Positions 35,451-48,860 of a stretch of 64,000 nt of DNA are shown in pieces. The stretch comes from Tubiluchus corallicola (Eukaryota > Animalia > Priapulida). Numbering within the stretch: the first letter of the stretch is position 1; the number at the start of each line of letters is the position of its first letter. The notes under the pieces are model-generated. The model had not been told where the DNA came from, ran no database searches, and was given only the letters and a program-made list of their open reading frames with translations. Where the stretch lies: the NCBI GenBank assembly GCA_030141605.1, contig JAQGDQ010000541.1, positions 62,001 through 126,000 of the forward strand, given 5' to 3'. Both the position numbers and the translations under genes were made by a program.

Positions 35451-36916
35451 ATTAATTATCTAATTATGATAATGATGATTATGCGTGCCGTGCATAAGAA
35501 CATAACCATCAATACTTTTGTTACTCTCATTATTCTGAGTAACGCTGGCAAAAATAAACCATAATTTCACTCTGCCCCTGATTTGGGAACAAGAAAACAA
35601 TGGCGTTCTGGCGTGCCATAACCTCTCATAGAATCTAACAGTTTCTTTTGCCGACGTGAGTTATTGGTAGGGAATTAACAACACTTTCAAAGACATCAAG
35701 ATCGTTGTTGTACTAGTATGACGCTATGACGGTCTTTGTCCGTTCATCTGTGCTTTTTGATTAGAATCGTTCGTTTTCCAGTGCCTAAATTGTTCGGTTA
35801 ATATAGTTGTTCGCATGCCAGCAAAACGACAAATGAATATCGTAAATGTAATTCAATTTTGATCGCCTGGAGAGCAATATAATTTGGTTCGATTACGTTT
35901 TTGAGAAACTAGCCTACCAACTTTGCTCGCTTCTGGTTCCAAAGAGCAAACGAAATCAATACACCGTTAAAACCAAGAAGTGTTTTGTAGACCCAGCGTA
36001 CAGATCGATTGCTAATATCGGGCTGGCCGCAGCTTCCGCGACGTAGATTCCAGGATTCTGCAAGACTCTGAAGTGCAGTTTGAAAAACCAGGGTGGCTTT
36101 GTGTTTTGATGGTGCTTTAGGCCCAATATTTGGATCACATGGTATTCAGTCATCGACGTGGTAAACAAAGCGAATTTACTAACAAAAAATGTGATGGTAA
36201 GTTTGACGAAAGTAGATATAAACTTTTAACAATTTACTACATTTGCGCTTTTGAAGAATGAGTTTTTCCTGGTTGTTGTTGTCGTTGTTGCTAATCTGTG
36301 TTGTTTATTTCGTCACCATTATTTATTCTGTGTTGTTATTCTTACTGTCGTTGACGCTGCTGCTGCTTTTGTGTTGCCATCGTCATTATGTATTGTGCGT
36401 TGTTATTCTTACTGTCGTTGACGCTGTCGCTGTTGTTGCTTTGTCAGTTTGGATAGTTTGCATGAGTGAAATGACCTTTGGTTGATGCATAAGTGGCAAC
36501 TTTCCTAAATTATTCATTAGAAATGAGCTGAACATCAGACTGTAGGCGACCAACTAGAATGTCTGGATTGGTTAGGTTTGGATAGTTTAATCTCTTGTGA
36601 GGGATAGCGTTATTTCTTTATTTCGTGTGCGTAATTTTATTTGCTATTAGCTTACCATACTGCGCTCCACATGGTGTACTGTATCTCTTGTATTCCACGC
36701 CCCAATTATTATAATTTTTGCAAGTTAATAATAACTTTCTTTATTTATAAAAATTTGATCTTTTAAAACGAAGGTATGCACTAATTTCACTGAGTAACAC
36801 ACCTGAAATTACAACATTAGTCCGTGTATGACACGGTTGTTTGGTTTATTCAGCGCAGTTTATTTATTATCCGAACAAGTTGTGCGCATGTTTGAAGAGC
36901 TGCATGGTTTCTTTGA

Positions 36917-37411
36917 AGGAAAGAACAAGAACACACTATATTAGGTTTATTTTACTGTTATCACTTAAACTTAGAGAAATACAACAAAGAAATTTGCAAA
37001 GAACTGCCTATAAAGCATAAATTTAAAACATACTACCACTGAATAGAAATTTTCAGCGTGTGGTTGCAGCAATTCACTTGAAAATCATGACGTAATTGAG
37101 AGACTTCGTGACTTTTCGTAAGCACGTCGTGGCTTTCCGTAAGGGCGAACTGCCTAAACTAATTCAAACTTCTGCAGATTACCTAATGTTCACGCAAAAG
37201 TATTACAAAATTAACTTTTCTTCAGGACAAATGACGTCATTGGAAGAAGAAAGGCATTGAAATGGGAGTGGCCAAGCATGGAGTGATCGCGACTTTAATA
37301 TAATTTTACTAGTTACACGAGACGCTAATTGCAGTTTTATTACTAAATCCTTCTAACATTTTTCGTGAACTTTGAAATAAGCCTAACTTCTTAGAAGGGT
37401 TAGCCTTTCCT
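36917..37411 (+). mobile_element. Kolobok/T2-type MITE, copy 1
   Basis: ttga|aggaaag ... ctttcct|ttaa; homologous to 41565-42107 and, inverted, 48364-48860. Confidence 0.65.
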
Positions 37412-37952
37412 TTAATATCGTTTATCGTTCCTTGGTTGTAAAGCTCACAGATGAGCCTCACTTGGCCTTGCATTCCCGTTATCTGGTCAACAATCAGCAC
37501 AGATCAATTCCGTAAATTATCTTTAAGTGGTTTAGCCCATAGAGCGCAGCTGATGTAGGACAGTCAGAGGTCTCACTAGTGCCTAGTAGAACATTAATCA
37601 GCTTCTCCCTTAGGAAGCGATTCCATGACGGTAAGTAAGGGGTGCTGTTGCTTCAGCTTTTACATTGTCAGAAATTTTAAAACCTCAAGCATAACGACAT
37701 AGACACAGTGCTATAAGATCACACATTTTTAATCTTACCGTTTGCAAATAAGATTTTTTTCGCGAATTGTTTGGTTTCGAAGGTGAATAGTCGTTTCGAT
37801 CATATGAAAACCTAACTTAGATATCAAGGTAACTTAGTAATCAAGGTATGCAAGTGTATCTCACTAAATATATAAGCTCAGATAATGAGCTTCACCTGTC
37901 CAAATGTTAACAAGCAATTAAAACAACTACGTTTGCAGTAATTCCTTTAACT

Positions 37953-38161
37953 AGCGTTTATGTAGCATCCGGAATGCGTATGCGTTATGCGGATGCGGAA
38001 TACATAAAATCGGTTTATACTGTTTTCAATGAACCCGTTTATCTGGCCTGCGTTATGCGTTATTTTTTCTGCAGCTGTCTATTCCTATTGATTTTTGTCC
38101 GCAGTTATTCTGCAGGTGCGCGTAACGCATAACGCATTCCAGATGCTACTACATAAACGCC
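37953..38161. mobile_element. MITE with ~40-bp terminal inverted repeats
   Basis: gcgtttatgtagcatccggaatgcgtatgcgttatgcg versus cgcgtaacgcataacgcattccagatgctactacataaacgc. Confidence 0.7.
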
Positions 38162-41100
38162 ACTTTATTCGTGGCTTGCCTTTCTCTCAGGCTATAATTT
38201 TGGTTAATTTGTACTGAGTCTACTGATGCTCCGTCATTTGTTGGCGGAGTATAAAGTTACTCAGGTATTCATGTTAGTATAAAGTTACTCAGCTATTACT
38301 TGAGTAATCTGTTGTCGTAAGTCTATTTACAATACACGACCTGCACAAGAAAACCTGAAATTGATTAGAAAGGAGATGTTTTGTATAAGTCTTATGTCAC
38401 GCGTTAATAAAACCTAGGCCAGGTTCAGAAATTTTATGAGCTTAAATAGGATCACCTTGGAAGTTGTCGGAAACTCATTTCCGAAGTAAACAAATTTCTA
38501 TTTGCTCTCTATAAATAACTGTAGGAAGTACTTAGAGAAAAATTACGTAATTACTTCTGTAGTTTTATTGTGCAGTATGTATATAGGAAAACTGTCTTAT
38601 CACATCATTAACCGTGTAATAGTTTAATGAATAAGACTGGGAAAAGGTCCGAGGCAGGAAATAATTCATTGGGAAAAACCTGACGGCCGTGACAGCAGTC
38701 GGTGCAGGTTTTTCCCCACGTTAAGAAGCAAAGCTATCTCTTAACTTAATATGTGCTAACTCTAGTTAAAGGGAAGCTAGTTTTTCCCCCAAGTACAGGA
38801 GCCGGTTTTCCTCGTGTAATAAAGACACTAAGTGTCCCATGATGACACATTGAATTGTTGATTTCGTAACGTTGACTAACACTATTTTTGTTTTATTTAC
38901 AGGTCATGTTGTGAAGTTATTATGTTGTTATGTTATGTCGTTACATATGTAGTCATAACGTAAATAAGTACATCATGATGTTTTAACTCATTTCTTTATT
39001 GCTTTCATTTACGAATATATAGGGGTGACACGGCAATGGACATCAAACACTAATAATCAACCTTTCGAGAATAAATTTTAGATAAAACATTTAGTTTGAT
39101 ACATCGACTCTCCCACTTTTTCTGAGCTAAACACGAAACAAGCGAGATCTGGAAATCAAAATAAATTCCCCGTTCTCGACATGATACCAGATTTTATTCT
39201 TGTTCGCGACAGAAGTACCTAGGTGGTTATTTTCTTTGCAGTGATTCTTATAAATTTTAGCACCTAATTAATAATTTCCTACATTTTGTTAAGGTAAACA
39301 AGTAAGTTTATTAGTCTATCACCATTTTTTATAATACCAAAATGCATAATTAAGTGATTTATAATTCTATATAACATTAAATACTATTAGAAATTGCAAA
39401 AGTGATTATTGATTAGAGTGGTGAAAGGGTGACGACGAAATTATGAGTTATCGATCTCAGCCACCCTCTCAGAAAATCTTACTAATATAATTAATTAATT
39501 CGCATGTTCCAAGTAACTAAAAATTATCAGATTTTACATTTAAAACGGTTGTTGTAAAATTATGATACCAAAGTTTTAGTTTCTTATACAACAATGTTCA
39601 GTCACGGGAAAGACCTTGTTTCATCACCCATTGACAATATGCACGTTCTTTCTCGCTTCTGAACGCGGGACGCCAGAGGCTTTGAAGGTGGTCGCCTATA
39701 GAATCCATTACTATTGCAATCTGATGTTTAAAACTTTTAGAAAGTGACTTAGAATACAGAATTAAAGCCATGACATGATCACGGGTGGTTACTGCTAAAA
39801 GTTTTTAATTCAATATTTGCGTGTTTTGTAATCTGGGAATTTTAAATTGACTTTCTTAGTCTGTTTTTACTTCATGCAACGTTTACAAGTAAAATAGTTC
39901 AGTATAGCTTGCATCACACGCCGAAAGAATTTTGTCCATTCACTCCAATCAGTCAAAATCTGAGTAGTTTTGAAGCATTCTTCTGTTTTTTGTGTCTTTG
40001 AGCACTTGAACAATAAACATAGATGGAAGTAGTTGGCCAATGTAGACGCAAGTACAGTGATATGTGAGATGTACAATGAATAGTATCTTCACCTTCTTTA
40101 GAATCTTAGTGGGACATTGGTCTTATTTGAAGACGCTACAATTTGAACTGCCTTCGAACTATTTGCATGTATGTGTTTTCAGAAATGAGTTCACGAACGT
40201 AAATTTTCCTAATATTGTCAATGTATTTGAAAACGAACACACGTTTAAAATTTATTATGGTGTATTGAAGTTAAATAGGGATTGAGTAACATTATTTTAA
40301 GCCTAGGCCACTGTCTTTCGTCAAGCAAAAATTAATCATTCGTAAAGTTTCCACCAATACATGATTAGAGATTATTCTGATTTGTTATCTACAGCATTGT
40401 ATTTTTATGACAGTAATACATAGACATAAAATTGGTGTACTTAGCTATATAGCACGTTGCTTTTATTTTATCTTTGTTGTTCTCGACGTGTCATTTTGGT
40501 AACGTCTTTTTTGGGCTACAGTTTTTTTCTTATTGCCCAATATTATAGTGTATTTATCTCGAATTATAGTCAAGCAACTAACTAACTAACTATGAGGCTG
40601 ATACATGCACACAATGTATAAATATGGGAGAATCTCTGGAACACAATCTTCAGTATTGTAGCTTTTGTAGACACATTTTTATCGCAAGTCTCGCAATGGA
40701 GAATGTGTCATCTCCTTTTCTATCTACAATCTATTCCTCCGTTTAATTGTATGTTGTCAAGTGCAATTATACGCATATTTGAAATGAGCAATTCCTTACT
40801 TAGTTTGTTTTACGACCTTTATTCTGGCATGCATGTGGTAAAATGCAAAAACGGAGTTATAAGCTCTGTTAAATGAGACAGCAATACATCTCTAACTTGT
40901 CATCAGCGGGGAAAAATCGATATCGATCATGTCTCTTTTTAAGATTAATCGCCAGTCGTTAAAGCGAGTCAAAACGATTCCCCTCTGGGAGTTGCACAGT
41001 TTTACAAACGGCCAACAGAAAGTGAAAACTTGGAAAACTGGGATAAATTTGGAAAAATGCCAAGAACTGGACAGGAAATTTGCATGAAATATGAGATTAT

Positions 41101-41165
41101 TTAAAGTGAAGTCATTAGACGAAAATAGATGCCTCGGGGTAGGAGTTGTCAATTTTCCTATTTTC

Positions 41166-41168
<3 letters not shown>

Positions 41169-41247
<79 letters not shown>

Positions 41248-41290
41248 TCCCTCTCTGTCTGACTCTGTCTCTCTCTCATCCTCTCTCTTT
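41169..41290. repeat. (CT)n microsatellite
   Basis: Directly visible. Confidence 0.95.
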
Positions 41291-41564
41291 TTGTTTTTTG
41301 TCATTTTTTTCTTTTTCTCTCTCGCCCTATCTTTCCTTCTCTCCTCCCTTCTGTTTCTCTACTGCAATTATGAAATGCTCACAGAATCACATATGGCCAA
41401 CTCTAGAGTTTGGGTCGTTTCAAAGGTAAAATTGTAGCCCAATTCAAACTGATTGGCTAATTTGTAGAGTTATAGGAAGAGGCAACCCTGGAAAAACATT
41501 CATTGTTTGCAGCGTATTATTAATATACAATTAAAAATGTTGAAATTACCATAAATATTCGCCC

Positions 41565-42107
41565 GTAGTCAATCACTATCTTGGGTTTATTATACTGATA
41601 TCACTTAAATTTAGAAAAATATAATAAACAAATTTGCAAAGAACTGCCTATAAAGTATTAATTTAAAATATACTACCTCTGAATAGAAATTTTCAGGCGT
41701 GGAGGTTGGAGCAATTCACTTGTAAATCATGACGTAACTAGGAGACTTCGTGGCTTTCCGTGAGCGCGTCGTGACTTTCCGTAAGCACGCGCCGCTTAAA
41801 CTAATTCAAACTTCTGCAGCTTACCTAATGCTCACGTAGAAATATTACAAAATTAGCTCCCCAATGTTTTTATAAAAACTTATTATACTTTTGATGAAGA
41901 TTGACAATGCGCTACTTTTCTTTAAGACGAATGACTTCATTGGTAGAATAACGGGCATTGAAAATGGGAGCGCCCAAGCATGAAGAAATCGCGACTTTAA
42001 AATGATTTTACTAGTTACACGACAATCTTATTGCAGTTTTACTACAATCTAACATTTTTCGCGAACATTGAAACAGGCTTAATTTCCCAGAATGGTTGGC
42101 ATTTTCT
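41565..42107 (+). mobile_element. Kolobok/T2-type MITE, copy 2 (termini eroded)
   Basis: Long colinear similarity to 36917-37411 (aaatttgcaaagaactgcctataaag..., aaactaattcaaacttctgcag...). Confidence 0.6.
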
Positions 42108-43199
42108 TTAAAAATTTGAAACTATATTTCAAGAATTTATATGTGCTTCCCTGTTTGTAATTTGATATTTGTAAATGTAAAATGAAATTAAAATATTCTC
42201 TGTTACCATGATATAACTTAAAAGACTAACATGTTTTAGGGTGATCAACACTCAATACACTTTCTCATCAACGACATTGATTTCTGTCGGCCATCTTGAA
42301 ACGGTAGCGCCACCTCTTATAGCACGAATTTTGCTAGTTCTTCCATTCTTACACTTTTTGCACTTGGAAATACATTTTTGTAAAAATGTGAAATTTTGGG
42401 CACTAGATTAAAAATTTGTCAGCTCCTCGTCGTTCTAGGTGATTTTTTAGTTACCTTGCTAGCTCTCTAATTACCAATCGGCACCTGTGACAAGTTTTCA
42501 CATATTCACTTACTTAGATCTCAGGATGCGTTCCCTAAGCAAAACAAATTAAGCAGCTAAATGAAAAGGCCTCGAGCATAATTTGACATTAATAACGTAA
42601 TAATATCGTTGATTATCTACAGGATCATGTTGCTCAGGTAGATCCTAATGAACTATTGTTCCATCAAGCTATTATTGGCTCTCAGGAAGAGACTGTGCCA
42701 AAGGTGCTTGGAAGTATAGTGTGTCAGGCTTAGCATGCATTTTTTGTTTCTCTAAAAGCCATATTAAACATGTCTGTTTTATATGATGATGATCGATTAC
42801 TGTTATATTAAACTCCAAAATTAGCTATTATCACTAGGCAGGGGATAGCCAGGTAGTAAAGTAAGGGGAAGAAAGCACGTAAAAAGAGGCGCCGTGACAA
42901 GTACCGAACCATTTTTAACTTATTCATTACACATTTCAGTTCTGTGTATAAAATCGAAACACAAGGAAGATACTGTTTTAAATGCATTATATCGTTATTG
43001 CTCTGAAGCGTCAGTGTCCTTTAGAAGTAGAGAATTTATCAAAAGACCTTAGAGACTTACACGGCGAATTTAAGTCTGTGTAAATTCCTCAGCATCATAT
43101 AAATCAATGTAAACAGTGTCTAGATATTATGAGCTTAAGAGATGGGGATAAAACTCTGTGGGCAAAAAGTAATTGCTCGGGCGAGATGAAGTAGAAAAA

Positions 43200-45130
43200 A
43201 CCTGCAAACGGCCCAAGTGCTGCTGAACTTGCTGGTCATTTTAGTAAATTATGTTCATTACAAGAAGCAAAGTCAGCTGTTGATTTGGTGCAGAACAATA
43301 ATTTGCCATACAACCCTATCCTAGATAATCGGATTACATTAATTGAAATGGACAACGTAGTGAACAAAATGAAAAGAGGTGGTTTTGATTTTTCCGTACG
43401 CATACTAAAAAGTTCATATCATGTGCTGTACCCAGTACTGTTAGTTTTAATGAACCTAATCTCACAGCCCTAATAAAAAAAGGGTGATCTATCGCTGCCT
43501 AAAATCACAGAGGCATACAAATGTTGTCACTACTAGCAAGCAACGACAGGATTATTGCAAATCACCTGAAGTTATGGCTACCCAACCGAGAAGTACAAAC
43601 AGCCTTTCAAAAAGGCAGGTCATGTGTCGACCATGTCTCTATGCTACGGTTAATTATCTCAATTGCACAGAAACTGAAAATTAAACTTTATGTTGCCTTG
43701 ATGGACCTTGAAAAGGTTTTCGATAAAGTACCTAGATGCATCTTGCTAAATAAATATGTAAAATTGGGTATCCATCACGTGATGTATGAAGCCATTAGGT
43801 CTATGCATTTATTCACGCAATGTATTTTAAACTTTAATGGTCAATATTCCTATTGTTCTGAACCATTCTCTGGCATTCGACAAGGTACAGCGTCATCAGT
43901 TTTACTTTTCAACGCTTTCTTTGATGACATGTCAGATTATTTACAAACGAACTGTAATTCAGAAATGCTTTTACTTGATCTGCATTGTCTTGTTCATGCT
44001 GATGATACTGCCACCTTAAGTACTGATAGATCTTTATTTTTAAACACAAGTATAAAGCTGCTGAAAATTATTTTTGTGACAACGGCATTATACTAAATGC
44101 TGCCAAATCTAGCTTCTTTGTAATAGGCAAGGATAATGAAGATGATATGCGTTTTGTTCAGTTAAACAAGGGGGTGTTTAAATACAAAGATGAACAAGTA
44201 TATTTAAGCGTCGTCTGCACAGATAAAGGTAATTACTGTGTTGAAGCGTAATGGGATACGAAGCATTTAATGTTAACGTTAGATTTGTCAACTTTGTGAC
44301 ACGGCATCGTAATGCTCCTTTTGATGTAAAAATGAAAGTTTTAAATGCTTGTGTTACTTCATCACTTTGTACTCTGCTGAAAGCTGGAGTAGTGCTGCTC
44401 TTACTAAACTAGAGAATTTACATAGAAAAGCATTAAAAACTGCTTTAGGTAAAAAATCAGAACACTATTAACGAGATGGTGTAATACTGAAAGTGACAGC
44501 AAACCTCTGTCTGGAAAAGTTAGATCACTGCAGCTTAATTATTGGTTAAAGATCAGTAAATATTGTCGTGATAACCCTGATAATCATATCTGTAGACTTT
44601 CAAAAATTGTTCATAGAGAACGCACCAAATATGTTCAACATTACGAGAACAATGAGCTTCGAATTTTCTGTACTGGTAGTAAAATGAAGACTTATTTTGA
44701 TAGCAAATATATAGAAAATGTCCGCCAAAGACTTCTTGCGTTCAGAAATGACCCAGACTCGAAACAGGGTGTACATTGTAGTATAAACCCTGAGTTAACC
44801 AAACCCTCGTTACTTTATGATAACATCATTCTTACCGAACATTACAGGATAATCATTTCAAGATTCAAGTGAGTAGGAAATCACCATCTACCAATTGAGA
44901 CTGGCAGACGGGAAGATAGAATATGTCAGTTTCGTGATTTGAATGTAGTACGGTTGAATGAAGGGTTGTTCAGACCCTTACGCATACGGTCTTAGAATGT
45001 TCCGAAACTAAATATGCTGACTGTGTTGAACATATCAACGGTTTTATAACACAACTTTCTGTAAACAAAGCCAAATATTTGTATAAACTTGATAAAGCTT
45101 GTGGAAATAATGATCTTTAATTAATTTTCA
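43200..45130 (+). mobile_element. Degenerate non-LTR retrotransposon (RT and C-terminal region)
   Basis: QTAFQKGRSCVDH, MDLEKVFDKV, GIRQG, LVHADD motifs, downstream HHLPIETGR; many stops and frameshifts. Confidence 0.85.
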
Positions 45131-45215
45131 AACACATGTAAATCTTCACGATTGCAATTAATATCACACTAAAATTATATTTCATGTAGTGATGCGTCTC
45201 GCCTGCGAATGGACA

Positions 45216-45355
45216 AATTGTTTTACATGTTATACTATGTTTTACCATTTTACTTGGGTGTAGAAAATGCTGAGTTTGTCAATATATATTGACAAATTCA
45301 GCATTTTCTACACCCAAGTAAAATAACAAAACATAGTATAACATATAAAAAAATT
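45216..45355. repeat. 140-bp spacerless imperfect palindrome
   Basis: Arms pair around the centre 45285/45286 (gtcaatat|atattgac) with about 6 mismatches. Confidence 0.9.
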
Positions 45356-45356
45356 G

Positions 45357-45392
<36 letters not shown>

Positions 45393-45523
45393 TAGATAGA
45401 TAGATAGATAGATAGAGTTAAAATTAAAACACAATAAAAAGTTACAGTAAGCTCATAAATCTCAAAACATAATAAAAACGTGTGTGTTATTATGAAAACA
45501 TATATATATATATATAAATATAT

Positions 45524-47799
45524 TGTAACGGATCCGGGTCCTTTTCAGGCGCCGATCCGTCTCCTCAGAATGTATCGAGCGGCATACAAGTTATGAAAGT
45601 ATTACAGCAGACGAGAAAAGTAAAAAGAGTACGAATGCAAAATAAATTAAACTTTATTGCACAACCGGTAACTCCAAAAGAATGACATGTGAACAGACTT
45701 TTGTATAAAAAAATCAGCAAACCTACAGCAATCACCTTTACAGACAGAAAGGCCAGGTTGGAATCGTCAAATTACGGCATGCATTCTGTTTTATACAGGT
45801 ACATTTGCATTACTGGGCTTCTCGACTATACCCATTACTAACATTATGGGGTTAGTCAAAACCCGTCTTCGTAACACTACCCCTTCCTCAATTTCCATTT
45901 GTCCACAAATGAGTTACAGCAAATGCAAATGCAATTAAATTGTACTCTAGTTGAACCCAACAAAAGTCATTCAAAGTTGAGCAAATCAGTTTAACAAAAT
46001 AATCAAAATTGTAAACAGCACTAGTACAAATATGTAAAAACCCGGCTTTAGCAAATCTATCCAGGTTTATGACAGCATAAAACTGAAAACGGTGAGTTGA
46101 TAATCCTTTTTCCTGTGGGAACAGATCAATGATCCACTTCTTGTGAGTGCAGTGTAGCGCCATCTAGCGAGACTGTCCCAAAAAACAATACAGTCAGTCT
46201 TTAAACAGAAACCAGTCTTTGCACATCACGCTATCGGCAAAACAGGCCTTGAAACGAAAAAAACATTCTACTAGTTACTTCCGAGGCACTGAGACAACCT
46301 CTATGATGTGGTACATTGTGAACAGTCTATAGAAGTTCTCCTGGGGCGTCGGTAGGGATTCGAACCATCTGTCTGCCCGGTGAAATAAAGTAGTTGCGAT
46401 ACTTGCGAAGGTGTAGGGTACTCCAGCCATGTGCTACAACGGTATTGTACTCCTAGCCATAAACCATGTCTTTGACGGTACTCCATAATAGACTCGTGTC
46501 CGTCATAATAGACTCGTGTAGCAATCGAAGTTTCGACCTGTCTTCCCTGAGTGAACGAAATAGGCATACTGACAAGCTTACTGCAACAGACTCGGCACAT
46601 AAAGAGGAATAAAGACGAAACAAATTTACAAACAAGGTACTGCTGTACAACAACAACAGCAAAGTAGAGAAAAACGATTAATCTTTTTAAACTGCTTCAA
46701 CGTTCTGGCTTCGCAAAAGCTACCGAAAACCGGTTCAACTTTGACCAGTGACGTACAGTTAAAAAGACGAGCATCAAGTGTTCACAACTGCATAATCTTA
46801 GCTAGCTGAACACAACAGAGCCCCATGTTGAAAAGCGTGTTCTGGCATCCTAGCCATTACGGAACACTAAACTACCATTTAAAAACAGTGTTCTGGCAAC
46901 CTAGCCATTACGGAACACTAAACTACCATTTAAAAACAGTGTTCTGGCAACCTAGCCATTACGGAACACTAAACTACCATTTAAAAACAGTGTTCTGGCA
47001 TCCTAGCCATTACGGAACACTAAACTACCATTTAAAAACAGTGTTCTGGCATCCTAGCCATTACGGAACACTAAACTACCATTTAAAAACAGTGTTCTGG
47101 CATCCTAGCCATTACGGAACACTAAACTACGGTGACTCGCTATACATGCAAAGTCACAAAATGGCTGTACGTCTCCTATTCCTAAATACAGGCTAATATC
47201 GCCTCATTGGGAACTCGATAAAAACATAGAACTGTTTAAGCTAAGGCCGATGCTGCCTGTCGCATAAAGGCCGTTCAATTGCCTTTCAACATAAAAGGTA
47301 AAAACACGAAACTGTCTACAAAAACACAAAAAAAACACGCCGAGTAGTACAGACAAGCTGTCTGCCTAAAGCAAAATGCAGCACTCACCAAACCCAATAA
47401 TGTCGATCCATTCCAGGCGGCAATTTCGGATCCCACTTATGTGCACCAGTGTAACGGATCCGGGTCCTTTTCAGGCGCCGATCCGTCTCCTCAGAATGTA
47501 TCGAGCGGCATACAAGTTATGAAAGTATTACAGCAGACGAGAAAAGTAAAAAGAGTACGAATGCAAAATAAATTAAACTTTATTGCACAACCGGTAACTC
47601 CAAAAGAATGACATGTGAACAGACTTTGTATAAAAAAATCAGCAAACCTACAGCAATCACCTTTACAGACAGAAAGGCCAGGTTGGAATCGTCAAATTAC
47701 GGCATGCATTCTGTTTTATACAGGTACATTTGCATTACTGGTCTTCTCGACTATACCCATTACTAACATTATGGGGTTAGTCAAAACCCGTCTTCGTAA

Positions 47800-47801
<2 letters not shown>
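45524..47801 (-). mobile_element. Non-autonomous LTR retroelement (TRIM/LARD-like), 2278 bp
   Basis: LTRs 45524-45876 and 47450-47801 (TG..CA, 1 substitution + 1 indel); PBS tggtgcacataagtgggat next to the right LTR; PPT tgaggaaggggtag next to the left LTR; no gag/pol. Confidence 0.9.
46837..47130. repeat. 51-bp tandem repeat, 5.8 copies, inside the LTR element
   Basis: Units start at 46837, 46888, 46939, 46990, 47041 and 47092; they differ only at one a/t position. Confidence 0.95.
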
Positions 47802-47830
<29 letters not shown>

Positions 47831-48363
47831 GATAGAGTTAAAATTAAAACACAATAAAAAGTTACAGTAAGCTCATAAATCTCAAAACATAATAAAAACG
47901 TGTGTGTTATTATGAAAACAAAAAGAAGTATTGTGAAAAATGTGTCATGAAAGAACTACAATAGTCTGTTTCGTCTAGCTTTCATTCTAATAAATTAATC
48001 TATAATTCTCGCAAAGTAATCAGTAGTCAACTCTCTTTCAATGGACAGCAAAACTAACCCAGACAATCTATCCTCACCCATTGTAAAACGAAGGTAGAAC
48101 TTTATCTGCTTCAGCTGATTAAAACATAGTTTAGCAACCGCAGAGGTTTCATTAGCGTTACTCGTTGATACAAGACTTGCTAGTGTAATAGGGTTTATTA
48201 ACTATAATTGTTAACATAGCCAAGGTAGCCTAAAATTTGAAGTGCTACTTGTTTGCAATCATCACAAATAAGAAATTTCATTCTAGAAGAAAGAACAGTT
48301 GCAGATTGCAGTTTTAATTCTAGAAAAACTATTAAGTTTTACTCCAGATTATTGGTTTATTAA

Positions 48364-48860
48364 AGGAAAGGTCAACCCTTCTAGGAGGTTAGGGCTTATT
48401 TCAATGTTCAGAAAAAATGTTAGAAAGATCTAGTAAAAAAACTGCAATAAGCGCCTCATGTAACCAGTAAAATTACTTCAAAGTCTTGATCACTTCAGGC
48501 TTGGGCGCCTCCATTTTCAATGCTCATTCTTCTTCCAATGACATCATTCGTTCTGATGAAAACCAGCGCACTTTCAATTTTCACCAAAAATACAATAAGT
48601 TTTTACAAAAATATTGGATAAGTTATTTTGTAATATTTTTGCGTGAACATTATGTAAGCTGCAGAAGTTTGAATTACTTTAATCAGCTCGCGCTTACGGA
48701 AAGCCACCACCAAGTCGCGAAGTCCCCCATTTACGTCACGATTTTCAAGTGAATAGCAGCAAACACCACGCCTGAAATTTTTTTAATCAGGTTATTTTTT
48801 TCTAACTTTAGGTGATAACAGTAAAATAAACCCAATATGCTGAGTGACTTGTTCTTTCCT
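48364..48860 (-). mobile_element. Kolobok/T2-type MITE, copy 3
   Basis: TTAA|AGGAAAG ... CTTTCCT|TTAA with intact TTAA duplication; reverse complement of copies 1 and 2. Confidence 0.7.

Noticed and set aside
45524-45575. Hammerhead ribozyme in the small LTR (retrozyme hypothesis): minus strand CTGAGGA...GAAA
   Set aside because: The sequence between CTGAGGA and GAAA cannot form stem II; the acggatc/gatccgt pairing looks like an ordinary LTR-end hairpin.
46825-47196. 123-aa ORF of 17-aa repeats / CRISPR-like periodicity
   Set aside because: Head-to-tail 51-bp tandem repeat with no unique spacers; the ORF is a by-product of a unit length divisible by 3 and is antisense to the LTR element.
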